Shown here piece after piece: positions 12,972 to 26,273 of a DNA stretch of 64,000 bases; within the stretch, counting starts at the first letter, position 1, and each line of letters starts with the position of its first letter. The notes beneath the pieces are model-generated. The model saw only the letters and a list, made by a program, of their open reading frames with translations. It ran no database searches and was not told the origin of the DNA. The position numbers were made by a program, and so were the translations under genes. This DNA is from Tubiluchus corallicola (taxonomy: Eukaryota; Animalia; Priapulida): positions 23,567-87,566 of the forward strand of contig JAQGDQ010000849.1 in NCBI GenBank assembly GCA_030141605.1, read 5' to 3'.

Positions 12972-15510
12972 TTAAGTGGGTGCTGGCAGTTAGTTTTATT
13001 TTAAGAATTCGTTTTCTGAATCATCAATCAGCTTCTAAAAACACAAATATATAGTAATTATAATTTGTGAATTTTAGTTTCTGCTTTGTAAAAATTCTAA
13101 GTTATGATCTAATAATTATAATTCTACATCACTACATGGCGAATTAATTGTGAGGATAAAAAGAAAAATGGGTGAGTACGATAGAGTTTCTAATCTCAGA
13201 ACACGATAAATCAATTGTAAATGCATGTTTTGATTGATGAATTAGGAACTTAAACTTTTTGTCATCCCATTCGAGTCCCCGAAGCCATGGATTACTTAAC
13301 AACACTGCAGTAAAAACGCAAGGCGCGCGAAATGCACACGCTAGCAGACGTTTGCGCTTCAATCTTATTGACGGTCTCGTAATTGTAAATACTTGTGCAC
13401 ATTACTGGCAATAATTAGTGGAGGGATTAATATTTACCAATATTTGTCACTAAAAGTACCTCTGTGCATCACAGCAATGAATTCTAGTGCAGCTGATAAC
13501 ACGTTACGTGTAGCGAACTGTTCGCCAAATCTTCTTGCTCTACCAAGTGTGGATAACCTTCGTAGAACAGAGACAAGCACCACTGATTTAGACTCGCCTG
13601 TAAGTGTTAACCGTTGTCGTAGCCGTAGTAGTAGTAGCAGTAGTAAAAATTTACTGTCGAACGAAAAGTTAACTTTTTATTTACAAACGAGAAACATTTC
13701 CGACAGATCAAACTAGAAACAAAAATTAATCCAAAACAACGAACACTTATTAAAATACAACTAATCACGATTTTGGCAGTAGTGCACGAATCCAGGACAC
13801 ACTTTACAGAGAGATTAATCTATAAACAGCCTTTTTAACGCGCAGCGATAATGAACCTAATAACTACCACTGATTGCAATACCTGTATCGCGACGTATAG
13901 GCAGGACCTATAGTACATATTGTCACGAAATGATAGGCTCCCCAGGTAAAAGCCAGTATCACAAGTAGATGCATGCCTGAACTGTCAAAAGTATCCATCA
14001 AGCTGACCTTTAAATCACAAGTATTGTATCCTAAGATATTTTGCGTTAAGCTAAGGAGGGGGATTTATAATATGTTGGCTTTTACCGTGTGGACGGCAAG
14101 GAATCATATGACTCGTGTTTATTGATTAGAATGTCGTATTAAAATAAACTCTAACTTACTAACTTAATTACTTACTTACTTGTACTCTAGAAGGCGCAGA
14201 ATGTGCCATCTTGTGGTCACCTGCATCACGTGACTTGAATCACACTGTAATAGTTTTAATTGTACCACTACTCAGCGTGTTGTACTGCTACATCACTAGT
14301 CATTGCTTTTACCTTGTTGCCATTTCTGTTATTCACTAAAATTGCCTCATAGTTCTGAAACACAATCTTTTTCCAAGCAAAGAAGTGTCGCATCTAATTC
14401 ACCTTTGTTACTGTAGCGGGTGCATAGGCCCTTTTTTGGTCTTTATTTAGTTACTGCCACGGTGCTGCCACCTGTTTGTTTATTTAGTAGACTTTTTGCC
14501 TTTTACAGTAGTCACTCTTTTAAAATTGAAGCACCTAATATCCTTGAATACATTAGCATTTTGATCTTTCGCTATAGCTATAGTAGTTGTCTGTCATTTT
14601 ACCCGTCTTTTGATTCTCTCGGCCATTGCTCTAGTGTTGTGTCTATGATGAACATTATGTCTGTAACTTTCTTACGAGTTTATTGTCGTGACGTCGTTGT
14701 TCTGGAGTTCTCATTCCTGTCTTTGTAATTGCTAAAGGCTCTAACAACGCAAGTCATTATTAATTAATTTCAATATATATCATAATTTTTATATCAGTTT
14801 TCTTAGTTATAGTCATACATCTAATCATGCGATGAACTCTTTTCTATTCAATGCAAATTAAACTAATTGTTAAATCATTGTATTACAGAATAAACAAACT
14901 TTTGGTCAGCACATTAAACTGGTGTTTTGCGTCCATTTCAGTTACTATTACATTTCTAAAAAGTGGTATGTTTTTGCCATTTCTCTTAAGTGAAGTACAT
15001 CCATTTAAGAGTTCTTGCTGGACATAAATGCTGCATAGTAAATGTGAAAACCAGTTCGATTTTAAAAAAGGTTGCATTCATATAAAAACTGACCAAAAAT
15101 TTATAGCAAGGGACAAAATATGTATTTTATAAGAAAATTAGTTTAGTACATTACTTGATGTGTATAAGTTTTATTGCACACCTCATGTCTGTAACAGTAA
15201 TGACAAAAGTAATTACTTTAAAATTGTCATAATAAATTTTTGAAAGTATCTTAGCTCTGTTAGTAGCTGCTTCATATACAAGGGGACCTTATTAATAGCA
15301 GACACGGTATTTTTAAAAGATTTAGCAGATTTTTTCGCGCACATTTTGCACGTTCTGTGGAGAATGACCCAAATAAACTAGAAACTATATTTTGTTTGTC
15401 TGTAATAATATTCTTCGAGAAACACCACATTTATTACAAAACAAATTATCACGTATTTCAAAACAACCGTATTGAAAACAAAAACAGATTTTTTGCCAAA
15501 TCTTACCAAT

Positions 15511-15672
15511 GCTTGAAGGGCCTAGGCTGCAGCCTGTACTAGCCTATAGGATAATCTAGCCCTGCTTGCAAAGCTTGAGGGGCCTAGGCTGCAGCCTGTA
15601 CTAGCCTATAGGATAATCTAGCCCTGCTTGCAAAGCTTGAGGGGCCTAGGCTGCAGCCTGTACTAGCCTATA
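15511..15672. repeat. 62-bp tandem repeat, ~2.6 copies
   Basis: GCTTGAGGGGCCTAGGCTGCAGCCTGTACTAGCCTATAGGATAATCTAGCCCTGCTTGCAAA at 15511, 15573 and 15635. Confidence 0.93.
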
Positions 15673-17504
15673 AGATTAACGGGTGCGTTGAGACATATCG
15701 ATGCAAATATCGACATTTTGTTTTGCCAAAAATAAGGGTGTTAAGCGAGGTTGACATCATAAAGGGGGTGGGAGTGGGTTATAACGAGGCTTTACTATAA
15801 ATTACCTTCACTCTATGACTGAGTTTTGCATATACCTGATCTAAAGAAAAATCTGTCAAAGAAAAGATATTCTGTGCTTTGCCACAACAATTCAACGTGT
15901 TATGATTTGTAAACATTTTTTACAGACGAAGTCACTGCGTTTTAACCGGAAAAAATACAGGTCTCAAACTGGTTCAAATTCCTTTTTTCAAAATAACGAG
16001 GAGTCAATATACTGTTTTTAGTGCTCTTGAATTCACCTTTACTGGCGATGAATTTCTACGTGGACCATTTTGACAAGTTCCTCAAATTGTTGATTTATGA
16101 AATAAAACCAGCTCGAATTCAACTCGTTCAACAATTAAAGTCTATATTTCCACATGTAGTATAATAAATAACGATCTATTATCTTCAGATCCATTAGTCC
16201 GATTTACACTGCTGCTGAGAACCTTACAGTAGTTCGACAAGTTAACAGTAAAATAATCACCAAATTACGCCGAAAATAATAGAGATACGGTGAATTCGTC
16301 AATGATCATCCATTATGAACGCTATTTCCTTTCAAAATTATAAAAGACCCGGTAAAACCCGCAAACTCGTAGGCGGCATGGTCTGATAAGTATCAACCAA
16401 CCGAAAATTTGACGAAATTCCGGACACTCGGTGCGACTTCACAAAATGACTATCCTAGTTTTTGTATACAGGGAAACTAAGTCGAGGGTCATCAATGGTA
16501 AATCGGCCTCTGTTATAGTTACAATTTTCTATGTTATAACTTTATAATTACCTCTGGTGGTACTAAATGATTTGCCTTGATCTGAACACATAATAATAAA
16601 TACTTGCTTTACTAGGTCTGTGACCATTTGGGCAGTTAATTAGAGTCCTTTCTGAAGACCAGTTTATGGCACTTGAACGAGCTTTGCAACCTGCCCCGCA
16701 ATTAACTACAGATAATTAAATTTTCTGAAGTAACAAACATAAGCCAGAAAATTTAAAGCTACATAGATATCCTTGGAAACTAACTACACACGTATTGTCG
16801 TAGATTCGTTTCTTATTTAGTAACACTGAACCTGATAGGCATATGAATGGGCGACCGCCATGCCCATTCAGGAATCCATTCGTAGGCCTGCTCATATGTT
16901 CGTACGATTAAGCATTGTCATGTGTGCAGCAAAAATGAAACAAATTGATTTTTTATTGTAAATTAAAAAATATCCATGTTACTTTTTATAATGCTTAAAT
17001 ATGAAAATTACATATAATGTGGAACAGTAATTATTGTCGAATATTCATTTCTATTAATTTTGGTTTTATTTTGTAATCGTGGTTGCCACGGTAGCGGCTT
17101 AGCCCTTAGTGGTGGTCTCCTCAGCTAGACTTTTTGAAATTAATGTGCTATTGTAATGAAATGCTGTGATGAATGCGGAAATAAATTATAATGAATGAAT
17201 GAATGAAATTCGTGAATGAATGAATGAATACCCATTCAGGAATCCATACCGCCACAGGAAAACTGGTTGTGGCAATTTCGACTGTAATATTATTATTACT
17301 ATCTTTGGTTCTGAAGGCAAATGTACACGTTCTAGACTAATATCCTGGATCAATGGGTCGTGGGTCGTGGAAAATTCTGTTTTTGCCTGTTTTGCGGTAC
17401 ACCCCTGTAGAAGGGAAGTCTTTGCTTTTCATTAAAATAAAAGCGCTCTTTACATTCTTTCGTATGATTTCTGTAGTAAAACAATTTATAATCCGAAAAA
17501 ATGA

Positions 17505-17539
17505 TGCGAAACCCAGGATTGAACCAGGGACATTTAGAT
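17505..17539 (-). pseudogene. tRNA-Phe 3'-half pseudogene fragment
   Basis: Minus strand ATCTAAATGTCCCTGGTTCAATCCTGGGTTTCGCA matches the eukaryotic tRNA-Phe 3' half (ATCTAAAGGTCCCTGGTTCGATCCCGGGTTTCGGCA) with a few changes, followed by a T-run. The 5' half and anticodon are absent. Confidence 0.65.
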
Positions 17540-18497
17540 TCTAGGTCGGATTTAGCACCTCATTTTAAAGAATTACTAACCATAGTCCCTGCGTTTGGGC
17601 GTTTGATCGCAGCTATACCAAATTCGGCATTTTTTGACAGTGGATATTTGCGAAGTATGAAATTTGGGCAGTGTACAGTTGGGCAATTAACACATTCGGA
17701 ATGTAGTAAACTGTAAAATGAGATTTTTGTCTTTCGAAATGGAAAACAAAACTTGCAGTAAGATTTTTTTACAGAAAATGCTTGTCATAAGCTTCACATT
17801 ACATAAAAAATGATATTAAATTAAAAACACAAAGACGACTCCTATACTTGTTTTCAGTATCAGCACTCTTTATCTTTTATCATAGCAATCCATAACTTGA
17901 ACGAAGTATATCTATTAACACACTACATAATCAGTCAATGTCATCATCTGGGCTGTGAGGAGCTCAGACTGCTGCTCAGAAACCAGAATCTCGATGTTTA
18001 CCTGTACAAGCAAACACAGAAACCGGTTCACATTTTCCCGAATCTTTTACTTTTGGGTAATATTTGGATTTGAAAAAAACTATATGGTTCCTCTTCCCCT
18101 GAGTGCCTAAGCACGTGCTTATTGTTAATTGTTGGCTGCTGATTGTCCTCGCGTAGCAAATGGAACGTATAGTCACTGAGTGTCAGACCGTGCAATGCAC
18201 ATTGAAGCGATTAGAGAAACGATTCTCGTCTTGGCTGTATGCCTGATTGCAAGGCATGTCGGGATTACACGAAAGTGAGAGAGAATCAACTTAATTTCAT
18301 CAAATGCCACCAGGGGATTATCTTGGCGTGCTGAATGAATCTAATTAGCCAGTCTAGGAATGTTTTCAACTTCACAGACGTTGGGACTGAGTCCCTGTTT
18401 CTTATGCCTGTGGTCATCCGTGCCATCCGAGTACCAAGTAATCATTCGCTAACGATTATTTTCACTGAGCTGCAAACCCCAAAGTAAATCTAGGTAA

Positions 18498-19680
18498 CAA
18501 AGTCACAAGAAAAAAAATTACAGGAAAAACTTCACAGAAAAGAGTCACAGGAAAAACTTCACAGAAAAGAGTTACGGGGAAAAAAATTCACAGAAAAGAG
18601 TCACAGGAAGAAAATTCACAGAAAAGAGTCACAGGAAAAAAATCACAGAAAAGAGTCACAGGAAAAACTTCACAGAAAAGAGTCATAAGAAAAATTTCAC
18701 AGAAAAGAGTCAGAGAAAAAACTTCACAGAAAAGAGTTACAGGAAAAAAATTCACAGAAAAGAGTTACAGGAAAAAATTTCACAGAAAAGAGTCACAGGA
18801 AAAAATTTACAGAAAAGAGTCACAGGAAAAACTTCACCGACGAGAGTCACAGGAAAAACTTCACAGAAAAGAGTCACAGAAAAAACTTGACAGAAGAGAG
18901 TCACATAAAAAAATTCACAGAAAAGAGTCACAGGAAAAACTTCACAGAAAAGAGTCACAGAAAAAAATTCACAGAAAAGAGTTACAGGAAAAACTTCACA
19001 GAAAAGAGTTACAGGAAAAACTTGACAGGAAAGAGTCACAGGAAAAACTTCATAGAAAAGAGTCACAGAAAAACTTCACAGAAGAGAGTCACAGGAAAAA
19101 CTTCACAGAAGAGAGTCACAGGAAAAACTTCATAGAAAAGAGTTACAGGAAAAACTTCACAGAAGAGAGTCACAGGAAAAACTTCACAGAAGAGAGTCAC
19201 AGGAAAAACTTCATAGAAAAGAGTTACAGGAAAAAATTTCACAGAAAGAGTTACAGGAAAAAATTTCACAGAAAAGAGTCACAGGAAACACTTCACAGAA
19301 AAGAGTCACAGGAAAAACTTCACAGAAAAGAGTCACAGGAAAAACTTCACAAAAAAAGAGTTACAGGAAAAAATTTCACAGAAAAGAGTCACAGGAAAAA
19401 GTTCACAGAAAAGAGTCACAGGAAAAACTTCACAGAAAAGAGTTACAGGAAAAAAATTCACAGAAAAGAGTTACAGGAAAAAACTTCACAGAAAAGAGTT
19501 ACAGGAAAAAAATTCACAGAAAAGAGTTACAGGAAAAAATTTCACAGAAAAGAGTCACAGGAAAAACTTCACAGAAAAAAGTCGCAGGAAAAAAATTACA
19601 GAAAATTGTCACAGGAAAAAAGGCGCCCTGGGGGGAAGTCCCAAGTAAAAAAGTCACAGGAAAAGAGTCACAAGAAAAAA
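18498..19680. repeat. ~27-bp minisatellite (~40 copies)
   Basis: Unit CACAGGAAAAACTTCACAGAAAAGAGT, itself built from two related ~13-bp halves. Followed by TAACCCTAACCCT at ~19685. Confidence 0.97.
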
Positions 19681-19894
19681 GAAATAACCCTAACCCTCAC
19701 CTGAATATTTATATTTGATCACAGATTTATGTTTATATACCTGTGCAATCACTTTCTATTCCAGCAAAAAATTAAGACTTTTTCCCGCCACCATAAATTA
19801 ATTGTCACTTTTTTCTCTCAGTTTTTACTTGCAATGAGGGTAGAAACCTTAGGAACGTGAGAACTGTGCGCCCGCATAGGACCCGCAACTTTAA

Positions 19895-20434
19895 AGGAAA
19901 GCCAGACGATTGTGTAAACACAAGTTCAGAATAAAGAATGCTCTAAAATATTGAAAACTACAATAGTTTTTTTAAATCAAAGCTTAGATTAAATAATAGT
20001 TACCTCGGATACTCAGATTTCCTTAAACTTTCAAAGCTACTTGCGGCTCAGTGAATCTACTAAGATTGGTAGCGGCGCCTTTTTGTCACATTCACGAGGC
20101 CGACAAATAGAAGGCGGTACCGTGATAACCATGATCATGAACTGCAGTGTTAGTTTTTGATGTCATATGATGTAAAGCCCATTTTTCGTGACATCATGCG
20201 TTTAAACAGTACTGTAACACTTACGCAAATGTGTTTGACGCGCAAGGGAAGACGGCTGCCATTGCACAAACTGTGGTTAGTTTCTGACGTAAGCAATAAC
20301 TGTGTTCGCTTGCTGTTAATTAACTTTCTGAGCTAATTATTCAAATATAAGAAACAACTTTTATAGCAAGAAACTGTATATTTTGGACAGTAAATTAAAA
20401 TGAGATTGAGTCTAAACAATCATCCGGTCTTCGT
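19895..20434 (+). mobile_element. TTAA-target MITE family B (Kolobok/T2-like), copy 1
   Basis: TTAA|AGGAAAGCCAGACGATTGT ... ACAATCATCCGGTCTTCGT|TTAA; homologous to 26274-26806 (reverse) and 29810-30359. Confidence 0.88.
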
Positions 20435-20438
20435 TTAA

Positions 20439-20960
20439 AGAAAAGGTCAAATCACGATGCCTGGTTTAATTTACTGTTATCACTTGTGCCCAGAAAAATA
20501 TAACAAAACTGTCTATAAACCATATAGCTAATTTATACTTTCGCTGTACAGAAATTTTCAGTCGCAGTGATTGCCGCCAGTTGCTTGAAAATTATGACGT
20601 ACCTGGTGGACTCCATGGCTTTCCGCAAGCACGTGTCGAAACTAATTCAAACTTCTGCAGCTTACCTAATGTTCATGCAAACTGAAAAATATCGCAAGCT
20701 AGCTATCTAATTTTTGTAAAAAAACTTGTCATAAATTTTGACGGAAATTGACAGTGTAGAGCTTTTATTCAGTCGATTTGCGACGTCATTGGTGGAAAAA
20801 TGGGCGTTTAAAATGGAAGCGTCCAAGCGGGAAAGTGATTTTATTAATTTCACGAGTGGCTTATCATATTACTTATTATTAAATCCTTTTGACATTTTTC
20901 GCGAACTTCCCAGAAAGCGTGACATTTTTCGCGAACTTCCCAGAAAGCGTGACCTTCCCT
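20439..20960 (+). mobile_element. TTAA-target MITE family C, sharing a TTAA with family B copy 1
   Basis: TTAA|AGAAAAGGTCA ... TGACCTTCCCT|TTAA; a reverse-oriented relative lies at 30388-30779. Confidence 0.7.
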
Positions 20961-22068
20961 TTAAGTTTATTCATTAAGCGATTAGTCCTAAGTTGCCATC
21001 ATAATGACAGTTATTGCCTTCAGAAGTTTTTATTTGAATCTTACCCATTTATGTATCCATAGAAACTGCGTGAGCTGTCTTGTTTAAGTGCACCTGGTTT
21101 ATACGGTGATTCACGTGATCATAAAGCAAGATGACGTCATCTACAAGGGTTTTGTGATTGATTTATTAAACTTGACACAAAACGTGATGGACCGCCCTCT
21201 TGTGAGTTTAATCACGCCTTAGCAGGGAAGCGATGGGTGACGTTACATGTGTTATTAACCGTATTATACCACCAGGGCAGTTACCTAACAGCATTTGATA
21301 TCGTACGGAACACCCCCGTCGAGAGAAAATGGTTTGGACCGCGACGGCTCGCGACAGTCTCGTTTTAAAGCAGCGCAATTGAGTTAAAATTGCGTTTTCT
21401 AACTCAATAAACCTGATCCTAAACCGAATCAATACGCGGCGTGGAAGTGGTTTCAAAGTTGAAATGTTCAATGCTCATACTGAAGCCATTGTCACAGCAT
21501 CTTGTTTACATGCGTGGCCCATGGCTTCTATCTAAATGCAGTCCAGAGTGAATTATCCTTCACGGCTGTTCTCTATTCAGCCTCGCGACAAAACGCAAAA
21601 TGATGAACTTCGATTTTCATTGGATTTCAAAGCCGTTTTTGGCACCGTGCCAAGTCTCGCAAACGCCTAGAGGAAATGAAGGCGAGTGACAAATTGCGAT
21701 AATGTCAAGAAGCGAAGTAAAGACGCCTAGGAAAGTTTGCCTGTCGCGTTCCGTTTCCCAGACAACAGATTATAAAGCGAGCATCACGGGGGTAAGTGAG
21801 AAAAGGACGCTTATACGTGCATGGCTTCCATGGACCATTTGGAAGGGGTCCTTGAGATGTTGCTAACATATCCAGCTTCGAGCTTCGTTTTCTGCTTGGT
21901 TAGCACGTTTGAACAACAGAATTTGTCTCGTATTTATTTATTTATTGAATTATTAAGGAAAGAAATTAAAAAAGTCAAAGAAAAACGACAAAAACATTCT
22001 ACATCGGGACAAAGAAACCACATATAAGTGGTATAATGGTTCAAACACAAAAACGCGAACAACAGAGC

Positions 22069-22070
<2 letters not shown>

Positions 22071-22146
<76 letters not shown>
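22071..22146. repeat. (CA)n(TA)n microsatellite
   Basis: Direct inspection. Confidence 0.97.
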
Positions 22147-22149
<3 letters not shown>

Positions 22150-22179
22150 TAAACTTAATATTACGGGTATTACACTTAG

Positions 22180-22760
22180 TCAGTCAATCAGGCTTGCACT
22201 GAGTTATCTCAGTCGGGCCTGTGTTCAAATATTTTGTGGACCAATCTAGCATTAATTTTAATAACTTCTACATCTTGTGATGCATTTAAAAACACAAACT
22301 GCTCATTAGGAGACGTATAATGAAAGTTGGGACAGAAATCAGAAAAAATTCAAAAACATTTCTCTCTTATATGAACGTACAGTGGACATTCAGTAATTAC
22401 ATACAATTCATGCTCTACTTTGTCCAAACAAAATTTTTTACATATTCGTTGTTCTACAGGTATTTGTTTCGGTTTATGATATCTACCAATTTCAATTGCT
22501 AATTTATGAGCGCTAATACGAAATCTCGTTAAGTTAGTTTTGACCTGTTTTTTCGAAATACCAATCAACAAATAATTTTCCATCTTATAAGAATTTTTAA
22601 AAAAGTTTATATGTTCTAAGTTTATTGCTATTTGCATTCGGTTGCAGCCGGGTTCATTTCTTGCAGCCATTACTGTCTATACCGAGATTCAAGTTTATCA
22701 TTGATGGCTTTGATAATAAATTTCTTTCTATTAAATGCCTTGGTGTTCCAGAAGTAGCTT
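22180..22760 (-). mobile_element. Non-LTR retrotransposon (CR1/L2 group) 3' fragment with C-terminal zinc motif
   Basis: LTRFRISAHKLAIEIGRY...ICKKFC...EHELYVITECPLY..IR motif; a related copy lies at 28560-28895. Confidence 0.8.
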
Positions 22761-22809
22761 GAATTTTAAAATTGAAAATTCGTTCTGTCTTTGTAGATCA
22801 CGCTGAGTG

Positions 22810-23056
22810 TTGTAGAGTAGCACTGAACTTCAATTTTCGCTTTCGCAAACACGTGCAACACGCTTACGGAATGTTTGTGCTTTCCAAAATTATGTTCAAT
22901 TGTGATGTCATTCACAATTAACCGGTTGTTAATTATTAATTATTAAATTACTGAATTACGTAACTATTAAAAGTTCTCTGGCATTATTACACGTGTTAAA
23001 ATATATACACTTTTTTCCTTACTTTGAAATAGCGTAGGAAATCATCCTGTTTTCCT
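22810..23056 (-). mobile_element. MITE family A, diverged partial reverse copy
   Basis: Ends AATCATCCTGTTTTCCT|TTAA, the reverse complement of the family A left end. A similar fragment lies at ~25590-25737. Confidence 0.6.
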
Positions 23057-23102
23057 TTAAATACCAAAATGACTGTACAACACGTAGAAGAGGTACTTTA
23101 CG

Positions 23103-24096
23103 TCAACAAAACCCTGTGTGCTCTTCTATTTCGCCATCCCAATTCAACTTTAATGGTTTTTTTGGAAAGGCAGTAAAGGCTTGATCCCATCTGTCCACAA
23201 GCTGGAAAGGACATTTACCGGCCGTCGGATCGAAGCTAGGAACATGCTCTCCGGGCTCGCGATAATTACAAATCGTAGTCTTGTTGTTGGGAAAATTCCC
23301 GTAAAGGGTATAGAGATGATTCTCATTGTAGAAGTAGGAAGCGTAAGTTTCCTGCGCCAACGTTCTGTCAAAGCTCCACGTGTTTACAAGTAAATCATTT
23401 TCATTTGGAATCACAGGTATGAAACTGTCATTGTTCAAAGCATCAAATACCCATTCACGAAATCTCCTCCACACCCTTGGCATTGGAGCATAGCCCCATG
23501 GTCCTGGCTGTTTGTATAAAAACACATTGTCGATGCACCCAGGGCAGAGCGGATTTCTGTACCGTCTTCTCCCGTCTTTCAGTCTTCCAATAGTTGTCAT
23601 CTTTTGCAAAGTTACGCCAGCGACGTTCTTGTCATCTTTATAAAAAAGTAGTGCTGCTTTTAACCAGCTGTAAAAGTGTGGCGACACCTCTAAATCATCT
23701 TCAAGTATCACGCCATAGTCGTCCTCTCGTTCTGTGGGAACCCAACAATTAAACCACTGTAGGCTAGATCCCACGTGCTCAGTATTAACGTGGACATTTT
23801 TATGACCGAACGCCCATTCAAATGATTTTGACACAGACAAAGTTTTCTCGCAAATACTGTGTGTCTTTGGACTCCTGTCTATGCAGATGTTCAGCGAAAC
23901 TTCATCACCACTGTAATCTGTAACTGCCAGTGACTTCAAAAGTCTGTCTAGCGATTCTGGTCTATTATAAGTTAGCACGGCGATTTCCAAATGAAATTCC
24001 AGTTTATTTCGAGCGTCCACATTTAGCTCTTTCTCTAGATTTTTGCTGTCACAGTTTGCTTTTGTGTAACAAGTGGTTGCCACCATGCATAGTAAA
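23103..24096 (-). CDS. GT-A fold (GT2-like) glycosyltransferase, main exon
   Basis: Long clean ORF with IAVLTYNRPESLDRLLKSL, LNICID and the GVILEDDLEVSPHFYSWL metal-binding motif; AAG acceptor at 24097-24099. Confidence 0.88.
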
Positions 24097-24157
24097 CTTA
24101 AGTTCGACGGTAGAAAATGTAAAAAAGAGAACATTATGATCATTTTAAAGCACTCAC

Positions 24158-24180
24158 AGAAATTGAGCAACATGTCTCAT
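24158..24180 (-). CDS. Glycosyltransferase predicted first coding exon (signal peptide start)
   Basis: GCCATG context, 23-nt exon, GTGAGT donor, 61-nt intron with a pyrimidine tract. Splicing gives MRHVAQFLLLCMVATTCYTKA in frame with the main ORF. Confidence 0.7.
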
Positions 24181-24189
24181 GGCGCTATG

Positions 24190-24210
24190 ATCACGTGAGA
24201 GTCACGTCAC
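24190..24210 (-). promoter_or_regulatory. Tandem E-box/CLEAR-like and CRE-like motifs immediately upstream of the glycosyltransferase ATG
   Basis: ATCACGTGAGAGTCACGTCAC contains TCACGTGA and GTCACGTCAC; function is inferred only from motif and position. Confidence 0.35.
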
Positions 24211-25102
24211 CAGCCTCCCTAACCTGAATTAATCAGTGACGCTCAGTTGAGAAAGTAAAGGTAACTAATTAAGTTATAAGGACTAGTTTAACCTACAAAA
24301 TAAATACAAGACCTGAATATGTGAACTTTTGTCCTATGGCCATGATGGAACCCTGTCAATCTCTTAACTGCCATTCGTTTCATAGAAATGCACAGGTTGT
24401 ACCCACGTTGAAGCGTTCATGGCATTTCAAAATACGTCATTAAAATCATCTAACAGTGTCCACGCATCTAGAAAGGTAGAGTTGAGACAGAGGATACAAA
24501 TCTTTTTGGATATGATTCACGATTTTGTATGATGCACGATTGTGCTAGAATAGAGAAAATAAGAAAAAAAATGGACTTTAACGATTTAAAAAGTTTTTTG
24601 ACATTTGCAATAACATTATTTCCATGACCGAAATGTACGTTTGTGATTTTAAACGTGTATCGATAACTTGCCATTGAAAATATTGTTATCGATTTAGATG
24701 TAGTTTTTCACACGTGTCCTTTGCTTCACCCGCTGGCTACTTTGGTTTAAACATGATTTATTGAAGATCGTATGACTAGGTTTGAAACAGAGAGTTTTAC
24801 AACTGATCATGTTCTCCCCTAATGGGAGCAAAACGCTACACAGATGCAGAACAATGGTGGCCACAATATACAAAAATGTTTCAATAAATATGAACATTAC
24901 TATGTAACAAGAGTAACAAACTTAATGCTATTTAAAGCGCTTAGTGTTTGAAATAAAAGACTGCGCTAAAACAAAAATTTGAGTGTTCACGGAATTATCT
25001 AGGGTATGATTCCCGTGCTGGAATAAACGTACAAGTTAATTTGTTGCAGGCCTGTAAACATTGATGTTAAAAGCTGACAAAAGAGTGCAGAGATTTGTAA
25101 AT

Positions 25103-25583
<481 letters not shown>

Positions 25584-25819
25584 ACAATTAAGAAACTGAA
25601 TTACTGAATTTGTCGATCTATTATTTAATTATCAGAAACGTTTTTGCAGTATTAATTGTCTTGAAATGCATACTTTTTGTAGCAAGTAATTCGTACTTGA
25701 AAATGGGGCAGTTTATGAAAAATCATCCTGTCTTCCTTGAAATTGATCAACGATGAACGTGACTGAATTTGCAACTAATAACAACTAGTAAGGCGGAAAG
25801 TCACATCTGGGTGTAATAT

Positions 25820-26265
25820 ATTGGGTGGCGCAGAAAAAATGTGCCAATTCTTAGCGAGAGGTCTACAAAGCTGAATACTACAATAAATTAGCTTTTGGCT
25901 GTGAAAGTTACAAGATTATAGTTTCAAAAGTTTTTGAGTTATGGCTGAAAAGCTTTCATACGTTAAAAAACTGAATGCTTGAACAATGTTAGCCAACCGT
26001 CGAGTGAAAAATAGCCACGTTCAGTGACGTATAAACACTCTATACAGGAAGAAAAACAATAAAGAAATCAATCAATTCACATCATTGTCGTCACCACAGA
26101 AAGTAAAGCATCGATAAACATTTGTTACCGAGAAAAATGGATTTAATCCTCTGGATTACGGTATAAGGAATTCTTTTAGAGAGAAGAGAAAGAGAAAGAG
26201 CCACAGACAGCCGTTTGATGCAGAGTAACTAAAGGCAAAAATTACTGAGGCTGAACAAAGTAGTC
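25820..26265 (+). mobile_element. Degenerate Tc1/mariner remnant
   Basis: Left end GGGTGGCGCAGAAAAAA. About 26140-26255 reads FNPLDYGIRNSFREK...*LKAKITEA, resembling the DLNPLDY.IW...ELK..I..AW transposase C-terminus. A possible right end lies at ~27530-27553. Confidence 0.45.
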
Positions 26266-26273
26266 CTTCTTAA

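Noticed and set aside
16380-16410. Hammerhead-like CTGATAAG...GAAA
   Set aside because: Core mismatch and no supporting stems.
18220-18445. Possible minus-strand tRNA-derived SINE
   Set aside because: The A/B boxes are degenerate, it is single-copy in the window, and there is no clear tail or TSD.
19685-19697. Telomere or interstitial telomeric array
   Set aside because: Only about two TAACCC units are present.
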